A DNA stretch of 55,930 nt from Clostridia bacterium (GTDB lineage: Bacteria > Bacillota > Sulfobacillia > RBS10-35 > JADGHG01): positions 1 through 55,930 of the forward strand of contig JADGHG010000001.1 in the NCBI GenBank assembly GCA_019689585.1, in the 5' to 3' direction. Positions 16,356 through 25,267 of this stretch are shown here, one piece after another. The notes under the pieces are model-generated. The model was not told where the DNA came from, made no database searches, and saw nothing but the letters and a program-made list of their open reading frames with translations. Within the stretch, counting starts at the first letter, position 1. Each line of letters begins with the position of its first letter. The translations under genes and the position numbers were made by a program.

Positions 16356-17198
16356 GTGCGCGTCGCCGTGCTCGCGAACGCCGACAAGAAGGACGCGCTC
16401 GCGCTCGCTGGGGAGCTCGCGCGTTGGCTGCGCGCGCGGGGGGACGAGGCTGTCACCTGGCCCGAGCTCGGGCCCGTTCTCCCCGGCGTCCGCGCCGAGC
16501 CGCCCGATGCTTGGGGCGACACGGCGCTCTGCGTGGTGCTCGGCGGCGACGGCACTCTCCTACAGGCCGGGCGGCGCCTCGCCCCCTTCGGCGTGCCGCT
16601 TCTCGGCGTCAACCTCGGCCATATCGGCTTCCTCACGGAGCTCGAAGGGGACGAGCTCTTCGACCGGCTTCCCGACTACCTCGAGGGGCGGGCCGAAGCC
16701 GAGGAGCGGACGCTCCTCTCCGTCGAGAGCCCGAGCCTCGGCCGCGCGAGGCTCGCCTTCAACGACGCGGTCGTAAGCCGCGTGCCGTTTTCGCGCCTGC
16801 TCCGCATCGAGATCGAGGCGGACGGCCAGCCCTTCTCGCGCTACCAGGCGGACGGCCTGATCGTCGCCACCCCGACCGGCTCGACCGCCTACTCGCTCGC
16901 CGCGGGCGGCCCGATCGTGGAGCCGGGGCTGGCCGCGATGGTCGTCACGCCGATCTGCGCGTACAACGTGGGCGCGCGGTCGATCGTCGTCCCCGCCTCG
17001 CGCACGCTCACGGTGCGCGAGACCTCGGGCGACCGCGACGTCGTCCTGACCCTCGACGGGCAGGAGTCGACGCGCCTTTCCGACGGCGAGCCCGTCGCGA
17101 TCGCCGTCTCGCCGCTCAGGGTGCGGCTTCTGCGTTCCCCCGGGTGGAACTTTTACGCGGTCCTGCGCGAGAAGCTCTACGAGGCGTCGGCGGGATGA
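16356..17198 (+). CDS. nadK: NAD kinase
   Basis: CVVLGGDGTLL, GVNLGHIGFL, NDAVV, DGLIVATPTGSTAYSLAAGGPIV. GTG 16356 follows GGAGGGAAGGGGAG. It forms the 3' end of a 1436-aa artefactual ORF. Confidence 0.9.
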   Translation: MRVAVLANADKKDALALAGELARWLRARGDEAVTWPELGPVLPGVRAEPPDAWGDTALCVVLGGDGTLLQAGRRLAPFGVPLLGVNLGHIGFLTELEGDELFDRLPDYLEGRAEAEERTLLSVESPSLGRARLAFNDAVVSRVPFSRLLRIEIEADGQPFSRYQADGLIVATPTGSTAYSLAAGGPIVEPGLAAMVVTPICAYNVGARSIVVPASRTLTVRETSGDRDVVLTLDGQESTRLSDGEPVAIAVSPLRVRLLRSPGWNFYAVLREKLYEASAG

Positions 17199-18937
17199 GG
17201 CGGACGCTCCTCTGCGAGCTGCGCGTGCGGCGCTTCGCGATCATCGCCGAGGCGCGCGTGACGTTCGGCCCCGGCTTCAACGTGCTGACGGGCGAGACGG
17301 GCACCGGCAAGTCGATCCTCGTCGACGCCCTCGCGATGGCGCTCGGCGAGCGCGCGACGGCCGAGGTCATCGCCTCGGGCGACGAGGAGGCGGAGGTCGC
17401 CGCCGTCTTCGAGCTGGGCGAGGAGCCGGCGCTCCTCGAGCTCCTCGCGCGGGAGGGCTTCGCGGACGAGGGCGAGGGGCTCGTCGTCCTCGGCCGCACG
17501 ATCTCCCGGAGCGGCCGGCACCTCGCGCACGTGAACGGGCGCGTCGCCACGGCCCGGCTCCTGCGCGAGATCGGCCGGCTGGTCGTCGAGGTCCACGGCC
17601 AGCACGAGCACCAGCAGCTCCTCTCGCCCTCGAGCCAGCGCCGCCTCCTCGACCGGTACGCCGGCGAGGCCGGCCGCGACTGGCTCGCCCAGGTGCGGGA
17701 GGCGTACGACGCCTGGCGCGAGATCCAGGCCGAGCGGGAGTCGCTCCTCGGCGACCCGCGCGAGCGGGCTCGGCGGGAGGACCTCCTCCGCTTCCAGGTG
17801 AAGGAGATCGACGCGGCCCGCCTCGCGCCCGGCGACCTCGAGCGCATGGCGGCCCGGCGCGAGGTCCTGCAGCACGCGCAGCGGCTCTTCGAGGTGGCGG
17901 CGCTCGGCTACCAGCGCCTCGCGGAAGGGGGAGGCGGCGCGCGCGCCATCCTCGACGGGCTCGCCGAGATCGCGGCCGGTGTCGCGCAGGCGGCCGAGAT
18001 CGACGAGGCGCTTGCGCCGACGGCGGGGCTCCTCTCGCAGGCGCTCGTCGAGCTCCGCGAAGCGGCCCACGAGCTCCGCGCCTACCGGGACGGCGTCCGC
18101 TTCGATCCCCGGGAACTGGCCGAGATCGAGGAGCGCTGGGACCTCGTCCACCGCCTCCTGCGAAAATACGGCGACTCGATCGAGGACGTGCTGCGCTATC
18201 GCGACGAGGCCGCCGCGACCCTCGAGCGCTGGGAGCGCGCCCGCGAACGGGCGGAGGTGCTCGACGTCGAGGAGCGGAAGGCCCGCGAGAAGCTGAGCCT
18301 CGCCTGCCTCGGGCTCCGGCGCGCCCGCGAGGAGGCGGCGCGACGCCTCTCGCGCGAGGTGAGCGAGGAGCTCCGCCAGCTGGGCTTCCCCGAGGCCGCC
18401 TTCCAGGTGACGGTCCAGCCGCGGCTCGCGCCCGAGGGCGTGCGGGTCGGAGCGCAGACCTGCGCCGTCGACGCGACCGGGGCGGACGACGTCGAGTTCT
18501 GGCTCGCGCCCAACCCTGGCGAGCGGGCGCGCCCGGTCCGCCAGGCCGCCTCGGGCGGGGAGCTCTCGCGCGTCATGCTGGGCGTGCGGGCGTCCTTCGC
18601 CGGCGGGGACGACGTGCCCGTGCTCGTCTTCGACGAGATCGACAGCGGCATCGGCGGCGCGACGGCTCAGGCCGTCGGCGAAAGGCTCTCCCGGCTCGGC
18701 CGCGACCGCCAGGTGCTCTGCGTCACCCACCTGCCGCAGATTGCGGCGCGCGCCGATCACCACGTCGCGATCCGCAAGCGACAGTCGGCGCGGCGCACGA
18801 CCGTCGAGGTGCGCTCGCTCGACCGCGCCGGGCGCCAGCGCGAGATCGCGCGCATGCTCTCGGGCGTCGAGACGCCGGCGTCGCTCGCGCACGCGCGCCA
18901 GCTGATCGACGGCGGCGCCAGAAGAGACCGGCTCTAG
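17195..18937 (+). CDS. recN: DNA repair protein RecN
   Basis: FNVLTGETGTGKSILVDAL (Walker A), ASGGELSRVMLG (signature), LVFDEIDSGIGG (Walker B). ATGA overlap with nadK. Confidence 0.95.
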   Translation: MRRTLLCELRVRRFAIIAEARVTFGPGFNVLTGETGTGKSILVDALAMALGERATAEVIASGDEEAEVAAVFELGEEPALLELLAREGFADEGEGLVVLGRTISRSGRHLAHVNGRVATARLLREIGRLVVEVHGQHEHQQLLSPSSQRRLLDRYAGEAGRDWLAQVREAYDAWREIQAERESLLGDPRERARREDLLRFQVKEIDAARLAPGDLERMAARREVLQHAQRLFEVAALGYQRLAEGGGGARAILDGLAEIAAGVAQAAEIDEALAPTAGLLSQALVELREAAHELRAYRDGVRFDPRELAEIEERWDLVHRLLRKYGDSIEDVLRYRDEAAATLERWERARERAEVLDVEERKAREKLSLACLGLRRAREEAARRLSREVSEELRQLGFPEAAFQVTVQPRLAPEGVRVGAQTCAVDATGADDVEFWLAPNPGERARPVRQAASGGELSRVMLGVRASFAGGDDVPVLVFDEIDSGIGGATAQAVGERLSRLGRDRQVLCVTHLPQIAARADHHVAIRKRQSARRTTVEVRSLDRAGRQREIARMLSGVETPASLAHARQLIDGGARRDRL

Positions 18938-18973
18938 CCCGACGCACGCGCGGAGAACCTAAGGCGAGGCCGA

Positions 18974-19012
18974 GCGAAGGCGGCGCGCGCCCGCGCGCTC
19001 GCGCGCCTTCGC
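18974..19012 (+). terminator. GC-rich hairpin after recN (candidate terminator lacking a U-tract)
   Basis: GCGAAGGCG (18974-18982) pairs with CGCCTTCGC (19004-19012), and further inner pairs follow a 1-nt bulge. Confidence 0.3.
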
Positions 19013-19069
19013 GCGGCCGAGGGGGAGGTGATGCGCGCGAGACACGCCAGGCGAAGGGCGGGATGACAA

Positions 19070-20164
19070 TTGCAGAGCAAACGGCGCCTGAGCGCGGCGG
19101 CGGCGCTGGTCGCGGCGCTCGTCGCCTCGCTCCTCTCGGGCCTTTCGCCGACCGGCGCGCCGTCGGTCGTGGCGACGGCGCCTCTTCCGCTCGTCGTGCC
19201 CGGCGGCCAGTCGATCGGCGTCGTCGTCCGCTCCGACGGCGTGAGCGTCGCGGCCGAGGCCGTGCTCGTCGACCGGGCCGGGCACAGGACGCGGCCGGCC
19301 GCGCAGGCCGGGGTCCGGCCGGGGGACGTCATCCTCCGCGTGGACGGCCGGCCGGTCGCCGACACGCGCACGGCGGCCCGGCTCATCGGGGCCGCGGCCG
19401 CCACGGGCCGGCCCGTCACCCTCACGCTCCGCCGCGACGGGCGCGAGTTCGAGGCGCGCGTGGCGCCCGTGTGGGACGCCCGCGCGGGCCGCTACCTCAT
19501 CGGCCTCTGGATCCGCGACGCGGCGCGGGGCGTCGGCACCCTGTCCTTCTACGACCCGGCGACCGGGCTCTTCGCCGCCCTCGGGCACGTCGTGAGCGAC
19601 CCCGACACGGGGAAGCCCTTCCCGCTCCGCGAAGGCCGCATCGTGCGCGCGGTCGTGACGGGCATCGACCGCGACGGCCGCGGGGCGGCCGGCGAGAAGG
19701 TGGCCGCCTTCCGCGCGGGCTCGCCGCCGCTCGGCGAGTTCCGCCGCAACACGCCGTTCGGCGTCTTCGGGCGGCTCTCGTCCGAGCCGCCCCCAGGGCC
19801 GGGCGCGCCTGTGCCGATCGCCGCGCCCGACGAGGTCCACCCGGGCCCCGCGCTCCTCTTCACGGTGCTCTCCGGCGAGGACGTCGAGGCCTACGCCGTC
19901 GAGATCGAGCGGGCCGAGCGGCAGCCCCGTCCGGCGCCGAAGGGCATCCTCCTCCGCGTCACCGACCCGCGCCTTCTGGCGGCGGCGGGGGGCATCGTGC
20001 AGGGGATGTCGGGGAGCCCGATCCTGCAGGACGGACGGCTGGCGGGCGTCCTCACGCACGTCCTCGTCGGCGACCCGGCGGAGGGCTACGCCGTCTACGC
20101 CTACTGGATGGCCGAGGCCGCGGGACTCGTCGCGGCCCCGGCCGGGGAGGCCGGGGGCGGGTGA
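19070..20164 (+). CDS. spoIVB: SpoIVB peptidase (S55)
   Basis: Signal anchor, PDZ region (AGVRPGDVILRVDGRPV), LGHVVSD, and the catalytic-Ser motif GIVQGMSGSPIL. TTG start. spoIVB-spo0A synteny is conserved. Confidence 0.9.
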   Translation: MQSKRRLSAAAALVAALVASLLSGLSPTGAPSVVATAPLPLVVPGGQSIGVVVRSDGVSVAAEAVLVDRAGHRTRPAAQAGVRPGDVILRVDGRPVADTRTAARLIGAAAATGRPVTLTLRRDGREFEARVAPVWDARAGRYLIGLWIRDAARGVGTLSFYDPATGLFAALGHVVSDPDTGKPFPLREGRIVRAVVTGIDRDGRGAAGEKVAAFRAGSPPLGEFRRNTPFGVFGRLSSEPPPGPGAPVPIAAPDEVHPGPALLFTVLSGEDVEAYAVEIERAERQPRPAPKGILLRVTDPRLLAAAGGIVQGMSGSPILQDGRLAGVLTHVLVGDPAEGYAVYAYWMAEAAGLVAAPAGEAGGG

Positions 20165-20249
20165 CCCCCGCCTCCCCGCTTTACTACCGAAGTGGACAAG
20201 GTTTGCCCCTCGGCCCCGCGAACTGTGACGCGCAGGCGAACGAGGGGGA

Positions 20250-21035
20250 GTGGTGCGGGTGTCGGTGGCGGCGGTCCCGAAGGCGGAGACGATCCGCGTC
20301 CTCATCGGCGACGACAACCGCGAGTTCTGCCACATGCTGCGCAACTACCTGGGCGGCCAGGCCGACATCGAGGTCGTCGGCGTGGCCCAGAACGGCCGCG
20401 ACGTGCTCGAGCTCATCCGCCAACGGCCCGACGTCCTCATCCTCGACATCGTGATGCCCCAGCTCGACGGCATCGGCGTGTTGGAGCGCATCCGCCGCCA
20501 CTACGGCGACGAGCGGCCGAAGGTGATCGTGCTCACGGCCTTCGGCCACGAGCACGTCGCGCAGCGGGCCGTGGCGCTCGGCGTCGACTACTACATGCTG
20601 AAGCCGTTCGACCTCGCCACCCTCGCCGCCCGCATCCGCGAAGTGGCGCGGCGCGAACCGTTGCCGGCCGTGCCGCAGCCGGCGAAGGACCTCGACCGCC
20701 AGGTGACCTCGCTCTTGCACGAGATCGGCATCCCGGCGCACATCAAGGGCTACCGCTTCCTGCGCGAGGCGATCGCCATGGTCGTCGAGCGCGTCGAGCT
20801 CCTCAGCGGGGTGACGAAAGAGCTCTACCCGACGATCGCCAAGCGCAACGGGACGACGCCGAGCCGCGTCGAGCGCGCGATCCGGCACGCGATCGAGGTG
20901 GCCTGGAACCGGGGGAGCGTCGAGGCCATCCACCAGATCTTCGGGCACACCGTCAACTCCGAACGGGGGAAGCCGACGAACTCGGAGTTCATCGCCATGG
21001 TCGCCGACCGCATCCGTATGGACCGGGGCGTATAA
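20250..21035 (+). CDS. spo0A: sporulation master response regulator Spo0A
   Basis: Receiver domain [11 protein letters not shown]...[12 protein letters not shown]...LTAFG. Spo0A-specific [19 protein letters not shown] and [18 protein letters not shown] 20259 is better spaced from the GAGGGGGAG SD than 20250. Confidence 0.95.
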   Translation: MVRVSVAAVPKAETIRVLIGDDNREFCHMLRNYLGGQADIEVVGVAQNGRDVLELIRQRPDVLILDIVMPQLDGIGVLERIRRHYGDERPKVIVLTAFGHEHVAQRAVALGVDYYMLKPFDLATLAARIREVARREPLPAVPQPAKDLDRQVTSLLHEIGIPAHIKGYRFLREAIAMVVERVELLSGVTKELYPTIAKRNGTTPSRVERAIRHAIEVAWNRGSVEAIHQIFGHTVNSERGKPTNSEFIAMVADRIRMDRGV

Positions 21036-21055
21036 TGGGCGCGGAGGCCCGGCCG

Positions 21056-22123
21056 TTGGACGTGTTCTCGGAAGTCGGCCGCTACGGCCACGAGCAGGTC
21101 GTCTTCTGCCGGGACGAGGCCTCCGGCCTCCGAGCCATCATCGCCATCCACAGCACGGCGCTCGGCCCCGCCCTCGGCGGCTGCCGCATGTGGCCCTACC
21201 GCGACGAGGAGGAGGCGCTCGTCGACGTCCTCCGCCTCTCCCAGGGCATGACGTACAAGTGCGCGGCCATGGGGCTCGACTTCGGCGGCGGGAAGTCGGT
21301 CATCATCGGCGACCCGCGCCGGGACAAGTCCGAGGCGCTCTTGCGCGCCTTCGGGCGGTTCGTCCAGACGTTGAACGGGCGCTACTACACGGCCGAGGAC
21401 GTCGGCATGACGAGCGCCGACCTCGTCCATATGCGCAAGGAGAGCGAATACGTGCTCGGCCTCCCGGGCGCGAGCGGCGACCCGGCGCCGGCGACGGCCT
21501 ACGGCGTCTACTGCGGCATCCGCGCCTCTTTGGCCGAAGCGTTCGGCGACGACGACCCCAAGGGCCGCCGGGTGGCGATCCAGGGGGCGGGCCAGGTCGG
21601 CCGCCACCTGGCGCGCCGGCTCGTCGAGGCGGGGGCGGAGGTCGCGATCGCCGACATCTTCCCGGAGAAGGCGGAGCGCGTCGCGCAGGAGACGGGCGCG
21701 CGCGCCGTGCCGGCCGACGAGATCTTCGAGGTCGAGTGCGACGTGTTCGCCCCCTGCGCCCTCGGCGGGGTGATCGACGACGACACGGTCGGGCGGCTCA
21801 CCTGCCGCATCGTCGCCGGCTCGGCCAACAACCAGCTGAAGGAGCCGCGCCACGGCGACATGCTCCACGAGCGCGGCATCCTCTACGCGCCCGACTTCGT
21901 CATCAACGGCGGCGGCGTGATCAACGTCTCCATGGAGCTCGCCCCGGGTGGCTACGACCGCGAGCGGGCGTTCGAGCGGATCGCGGGGATCGGCGACCAG
22001 CTGCGGGAGCTCTTCGCGCTCGCCCGGCGCGAGGGCATCCCGACCTACCGCGCGGCCGACCGGCTGGCGGAGGAGCGCATCGGACGGGTGACGCGCCTCC
22101 ACCGCATCCACGCGCCGAGGTAG
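21056..22123 (+). CDS. leucine (branched-chain amino acid) dehydrogenase
   Basis: YGHEQVVFCRDEASGLRAIIAIHSTALGPALGGCRMW, FGGGKSVIIGDP, and the Rossmann motif IQGAGQVGRHLA. TTG 21056 lies 8 nt after GGAGG and gives an N-terminus colinear with Bacillus Bcd. ATG 21035 (TAATG overlap with spo0A) is the alternative start. Confidence 0.9.
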   Translation: MDVFSEVGRYGHEQVVFCRDEASGLRAIIAIHSTALGPALGGCRMWPYRDEEEALVDVLRLSQGMTYKCAAMGLDFGGGKSVIIGDPRRDKSEALLRAFGRFVQTLNGRYYTAEDVGMTSADLVHMRKESEYVLGLPGASGDPAPATAYGVYCGIRASLAEAFGDDDPKGRRVAIQGAGQVGRHLARRLVEAGAEVAIADIFPEKAERVAQETGARAVPADEIFEVECDVFAPCALGGVIDDDTVGRLTCRIVAGSANNQLKEPRHGDMLHERGILYAPDFVINGGGVINVSMELAPGGYDRERAFERIAGIGDQLRELFALARREGIPTYRAADRLAEERIGRVTRLHRIHAPR

Positions 22124-22214
22124 CCGAGAAGGTCCCAATTTCACCGGCGCCGACAGGGTTTTCCACCGCCGTTGCGAACTCGTCCGCGAGGCGCCCGTCG
22201 GAGGGATCTGGCCC

Positions 22215-23351
22215 ATGCCGCGCTTCCAGCCCGACGCTTCCTGGCGAGGCCGGCGCCGGACGGTGTCGGTCGTCCAGGTCGAGGACCTGATCCGCGAGCT
22301 GCCGGGTGTCATCGACTGCCGCGTCGTCATCAACCGGCGGGGCGGGGTCGAGGAGATCCACGTGCTCGCCGACGCGACGCGCCCGGCGCGCGCGTACTCG
22401 CGCGACGTCCAGAGCGCGCTCGCGGCCCGCTGGCAGCTGCTCGTCGACCACCGGAAGATCTCGGTCGCCCGGCTGCGCGACGTCCCGCCGGCGGACAAGC
22501 AGGTGCGGTTGCGCGTCGCGCGGGTCGGGCTCCGTCAGGACGCGCGGCTCGGCCGGGTCGAGGTCGAGGTCGAGCTGCGGCCGGCGCCCTTGCGCGACCG
22601 CCTGGGGCGGGAGTACGACGACCCCGACCTGCCGCCGGGCCCGTTCACGGGACGGGTGGCGGGGAGCGGCAACCAGGCCTCGCTCCATCGGCTCGGGGCG
22701 CGCGCCGCCGTCGAGGCCGTGAACGGCTGCCTGCGGCCGGGCCACTGGATGGAGGTCCTGGCCTGCGAGCGCCACGCCCTCGGCGGGTGCGAGGTCGCGA
22801 CGGCGCTCGTGCTCTATCGGAACCGGCGCCAGGAGGAGCGGCTCCTCGTCGGGTCGGCGCTCGTCCACGAGGGCGACGGGCTGGACGCGGGCGTGCGCGC
22901 CGGGCTCGCGGCGACGAACCGGGTCGTGGCCCGCCAGATGCGGCGGGTCGTCGAGCCCGTGGAGGAGGAGACGAAGGAGGTCGGGAGCCGCGAGGCCGTG
23001 GAGGCGGCGATCGCCGAGGCGCGGGCGCGCGAGCGCGAGGAGCTCGAGGAGGAACGGCGGCGCGAGGAAGAGGCCCGCCAGGCCATGGCGCGGCGCGAGA
23101 CTGAGGTGGCGCCCGGCGAGTGGCGGGGCGAGGCGGGCCCGATCCGGCGCGTGCCGAAGGGGCGGCGGCCCGTCCCCTGGCCCGAGGAGTGGTCGGAGCG
23201 GGCCGAGCGCGAGGACGCCGGCCGCGACGCCCCGCGCGTGGCGCGGCGCTGGCCCGGCGAGGCCGGGCCGGGCGAGGCGGCCCCGGGGCGCGAGGCCGCC
23301 GGCGGTACGGGCGAGGCTATAGAGGACGGCTCGTCGGGCGAAGGGTCGTAG
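22215..23351 (+). CDS. hypothetical protein (two alpha/beta modules plus a Glu/Arg-rich tail)
   Basis: ATG 22215 lies 8 nt after GGAGGGA. The frame is GC3-rich. LPGVIDCRVVINRRGGVEEIHVLAD..SRDVQSALAARWQLLVDHRKISVARL looks like a conserved module. No family was recognised by eye. Confidence 0.6.
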   Translation: MPRFQPDASWRGRRRTVSVVQVEDLIRELPGVIDCRVVINRRGGVEEIHVLADATRPARAYSRDVQSALAARWQLLVDHRKISVARLRDVPPADKQVRLRVARVGLRQDARLGRVEVEVELRPAPLRDRLGREYDDPDLPPGPFTGRVAGSGNQASLHRLGARAAVEAVNGCLRPGHWMEVLACERHALGGCEVATALVLYRNRRQEERLLVGSALVHEGDGLDAGVRAGLAATNRVVARQMRRVVEPVEEETKEVGSREAVEAAIAEARAREREELEEERRREEEARQAMARRETEVAPGEWRGEAGPIRRVPKGRRPVPWPEEWSERAEREDAGRDAPRVARRWPGEAGPGEAAPGREAAGGTGEAIEDGSSGEGS

Positions 23352-23374
23352 CCCGGGCGGACGGCCGAGCGGGG

Positions 23375-24511
23375 GTGAGGGGCGCGTTCCGCGCGGCGTG
23401 GGCCGAGGTCGTCGCCGTCTCGCCCCGGGCTGGCCGCCTGGATCTCGAGGTCCGCTTCCCCGACGGCCAGGCGGCCGCGGCCGTCGCCTACCCGCGCCTC
23501 ACCGGGGCGGTCGCGGCCGGCGACCGCGTGCTCCTCAACGTCACCGCCGGCGATCTCGGCCTCGGCAGCGGCGGCCGCCACTTCGTCCTCTGGGTCGACG
23601 GTCGGCCGCCCGAGGCGGAGCCGGGTCCGGGCCACATCGTGAAGTGGCGCTATACCCCGTGGCAGCGGGCCTTCCTGCACGTCGAGGAGGAGGGGGCGCC
23701 GGGCCACCCGCTCCTCCGGGAGGCGAACGACCTCGCCGGCTCTGTGGTCGCGGCGCTCTCGCTCCATAGCCAGCTCCTCCCCTTCGCGCTGGGCTTCACG
23801 CGCGAGGCCGGGCGCCTCGGCCGTCCGCTCGCGCTCGCCTACGTCCACACCGACGGCGGCAGCCTGCCTGTGGCCTGGAGCGACACGGTCGCGAAGCTCA
23901 AGGCCGAAGGGCTCATTGCCCGCGTCCTCTCCGTGGGGCACGCCTTCGGGGGCGACGACGAGTGCGTGGCCCTCCCCTCGGCGCTCCTCGCCGCCCGTCT
24001 CGTCCACGGGGCCGACGCGGTGGCGGTCGGCATGGGGCCCGGCATCGTGGGGACGGGCACGCGCCTCGGTCACACCGGCACGGAGCAGGCCTGGTCGCTC
24101 CAGGTGGCGGCGGCGCTCGGGGGACGACCGCTCGCCGCCCTGCGCCTCTCCGGCGCCGACCGGCGAGAGCGCCACTTCGGCCTCTCCCACCACGCGCTGG
24201 CCGCGCTCTCGGACCTCGCGCCGCCGTCGTCGCTCGTCGCCTGGCCGGCGGGCCGGTCGGTGGCGGGCGAGCCCCTCCGGCGCGCCGAGGCCGCGTGGCG
24301 ATCCTCGCCCGCGGCCCGTCGTCACCTCTCCGTCCTCGTCGACCTGGACGGCGACTGGGCCTGGCTGGCGGCCCGCGCCGAGGGCTGGCGCACGATGGGG
24401 CGGGGCGTCCGCGACGACCCCCTCGCCTTCGCGGCCGGGGCGGCGGCCGGTGTCCTCGGCGCGCGCCTTGCGGCCGGAGGGCCCGGTCTTTCGACGACGG
24501 ACGCGTCATAG
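23375..24511 (+). CDS. DUF3866 family protein
   Basis: GHIVKWRYTPWQ, ALSLHSQLLPFALG, YVHTDGGSLP, VGMGPGIVGTGTRLGHTGTEQ resemble DUF3866 proteins as recalled. GTG 23375 lies 23 nt after the previous stop. Confidence 0.65.
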   Translation: MRGAFRAAWAEVVAVSPRAGRLDLEVRFPDGQAAAAVAYPRLTGAVAAGDRVLLNVTAGDLGLGSGGRHFVLWVDGRPPEAEPGPGHIVKWRYTPWQRAFLHVEEEGAPGHPLLREANDLAGSVVAALSLHSQLLPFALGFTREAGRLGRPLALAYVHTDGGSLPVAWSDTVAKLKAEGLIARVLSVGHAFGGDDECVALPSALLAARLVHGADAVAVGMGPGIVGTGTRLGHTGTEQAWSLQVAAALGGRPLAALRLSGADRRERHFGLSHHALAALSDLAPPSSLVAWPAGRSVAGEPLRRAEAAWRSSPAARRHLSVLVDLDGDWAWLAARAEGWRTMGRGVRDDPLAFAAGAAAGVLGARLAAGGPGLSTTDAS

Positions 24512-24553
24512 GGTGGCGCGGGGGAGGGTCGTCCGACGGCCGCGCGGTCCCGC

Positions 24554-25198
24554 GTGCGATCCTGGCTCGGCGTGCGCACGGGACCCTGGCCGGGCCTGGC
24601 CAGGCTCGGCCTGGCCGCGCCGGGGCCGGCCGTGGCCGCCTGCGTGGGCGCGATCCTGGCCGGGCTCTTGGCAGGCGCCCTCGCGGTCGGCGGGATCGGC
24701 CAGGCGGCCCGGGACGAGGTGGCGCGCTGGCTTGTCCTCGCCGTCCACCACCCCGACGGCCCGGAGGCGGCGCTCCGGCGCGCGCTCCTCCTGCATGGGG
24801 CGACGTTCGGGCTCCTCTGGCTCGGCGGCGCCACCCAGGCCGGCCTCTTCCTCGTCCCCTCCGTCCTCGTCTTCCGCTCCTTCTCGCTCGGCTTCACGGT
24901 CGCGTTCCTCACCTACGAGGGCGGCTGGCCCGGGCTCGGGGTCGTCTTGGGGTCGGTCGCGCCGTCGTACCTCGTCGCGCTGCCGGCGTGGCTCGTCCTG
25001 GGGGCGGGCTCGCTCGCCGACGCCTGGCGCATCTCGGCGGCCCGGCTCGCGCGGCGTCCGACCGGGGCCGGGGACGTCGTCGGCCGCCTCGTCGTGCGCC
25101 TTCCGGCGGCCCTCTCCGCCACGGTCGCCGTGAGCGCCCTCGACGCCTACCTGGCGCCGGCGGCCCTGCGCGCGCTCGTGCGCGCGCTCGGCATCTGA
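24554..25198 (+). CDS. spoIIM: stage II sporulation protein M
   Basis: 214 aa and polytopic. VFRSFSLGFTVAFL and SVAPSYLVALPAWLVLGAGSL align with the SpoIIM core (KGIVVGFTVGFL). The neighbourhood with xerD is as in Bacillus. Confidence 0.65.
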   Translation: MRSWLGVRTGPWPGLARLGLAAPGPAVAACVGAILAGLLAGALAVGGIGQAARDEVARWLVLAVHHPDGPEAALRRALLLHGATFGLLWLGGATQAGLFLVPSVLVFRSFSLGFTVAFLTYEGGWPGLGVVLGSVAPSYLVALPAWLVLGAGSLADAWRISAARLARRPTGAGDVVGRLVVRLPAALSATVAVSALDAYLAPAALRALVRALGI

Positions 25199-25267
25199 CC
25201 CCGCCTTTTGCGACCGGTGTATACTGGCCGCGGCTTGAGCCGTTCCAGGCGCGGGGGCGGATGGCGC

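Noticed and set aside
12888-17198. 1436-aa ORF on the + strand
   Set aside because: This is a frame artefact of the extreme GC content. It runs out of frame through paaD, the thioesterase, the iadA antisense strand and icd, and is Arg/Gly/Pro-rich. Only its last 280 codons (16356-17198) encode a recognisable protein (NadK).
19024-19066. Strong SD GGGGGAGGTG followed by an 11-codon mini-ORF upstream of spoIVB
   Set aside because: The ATG follows the GGAGG core by only 2 nt, which is too close for initiation. The peptide MRARHARRRAG is not informative. It is noted only as a possible leader feature.
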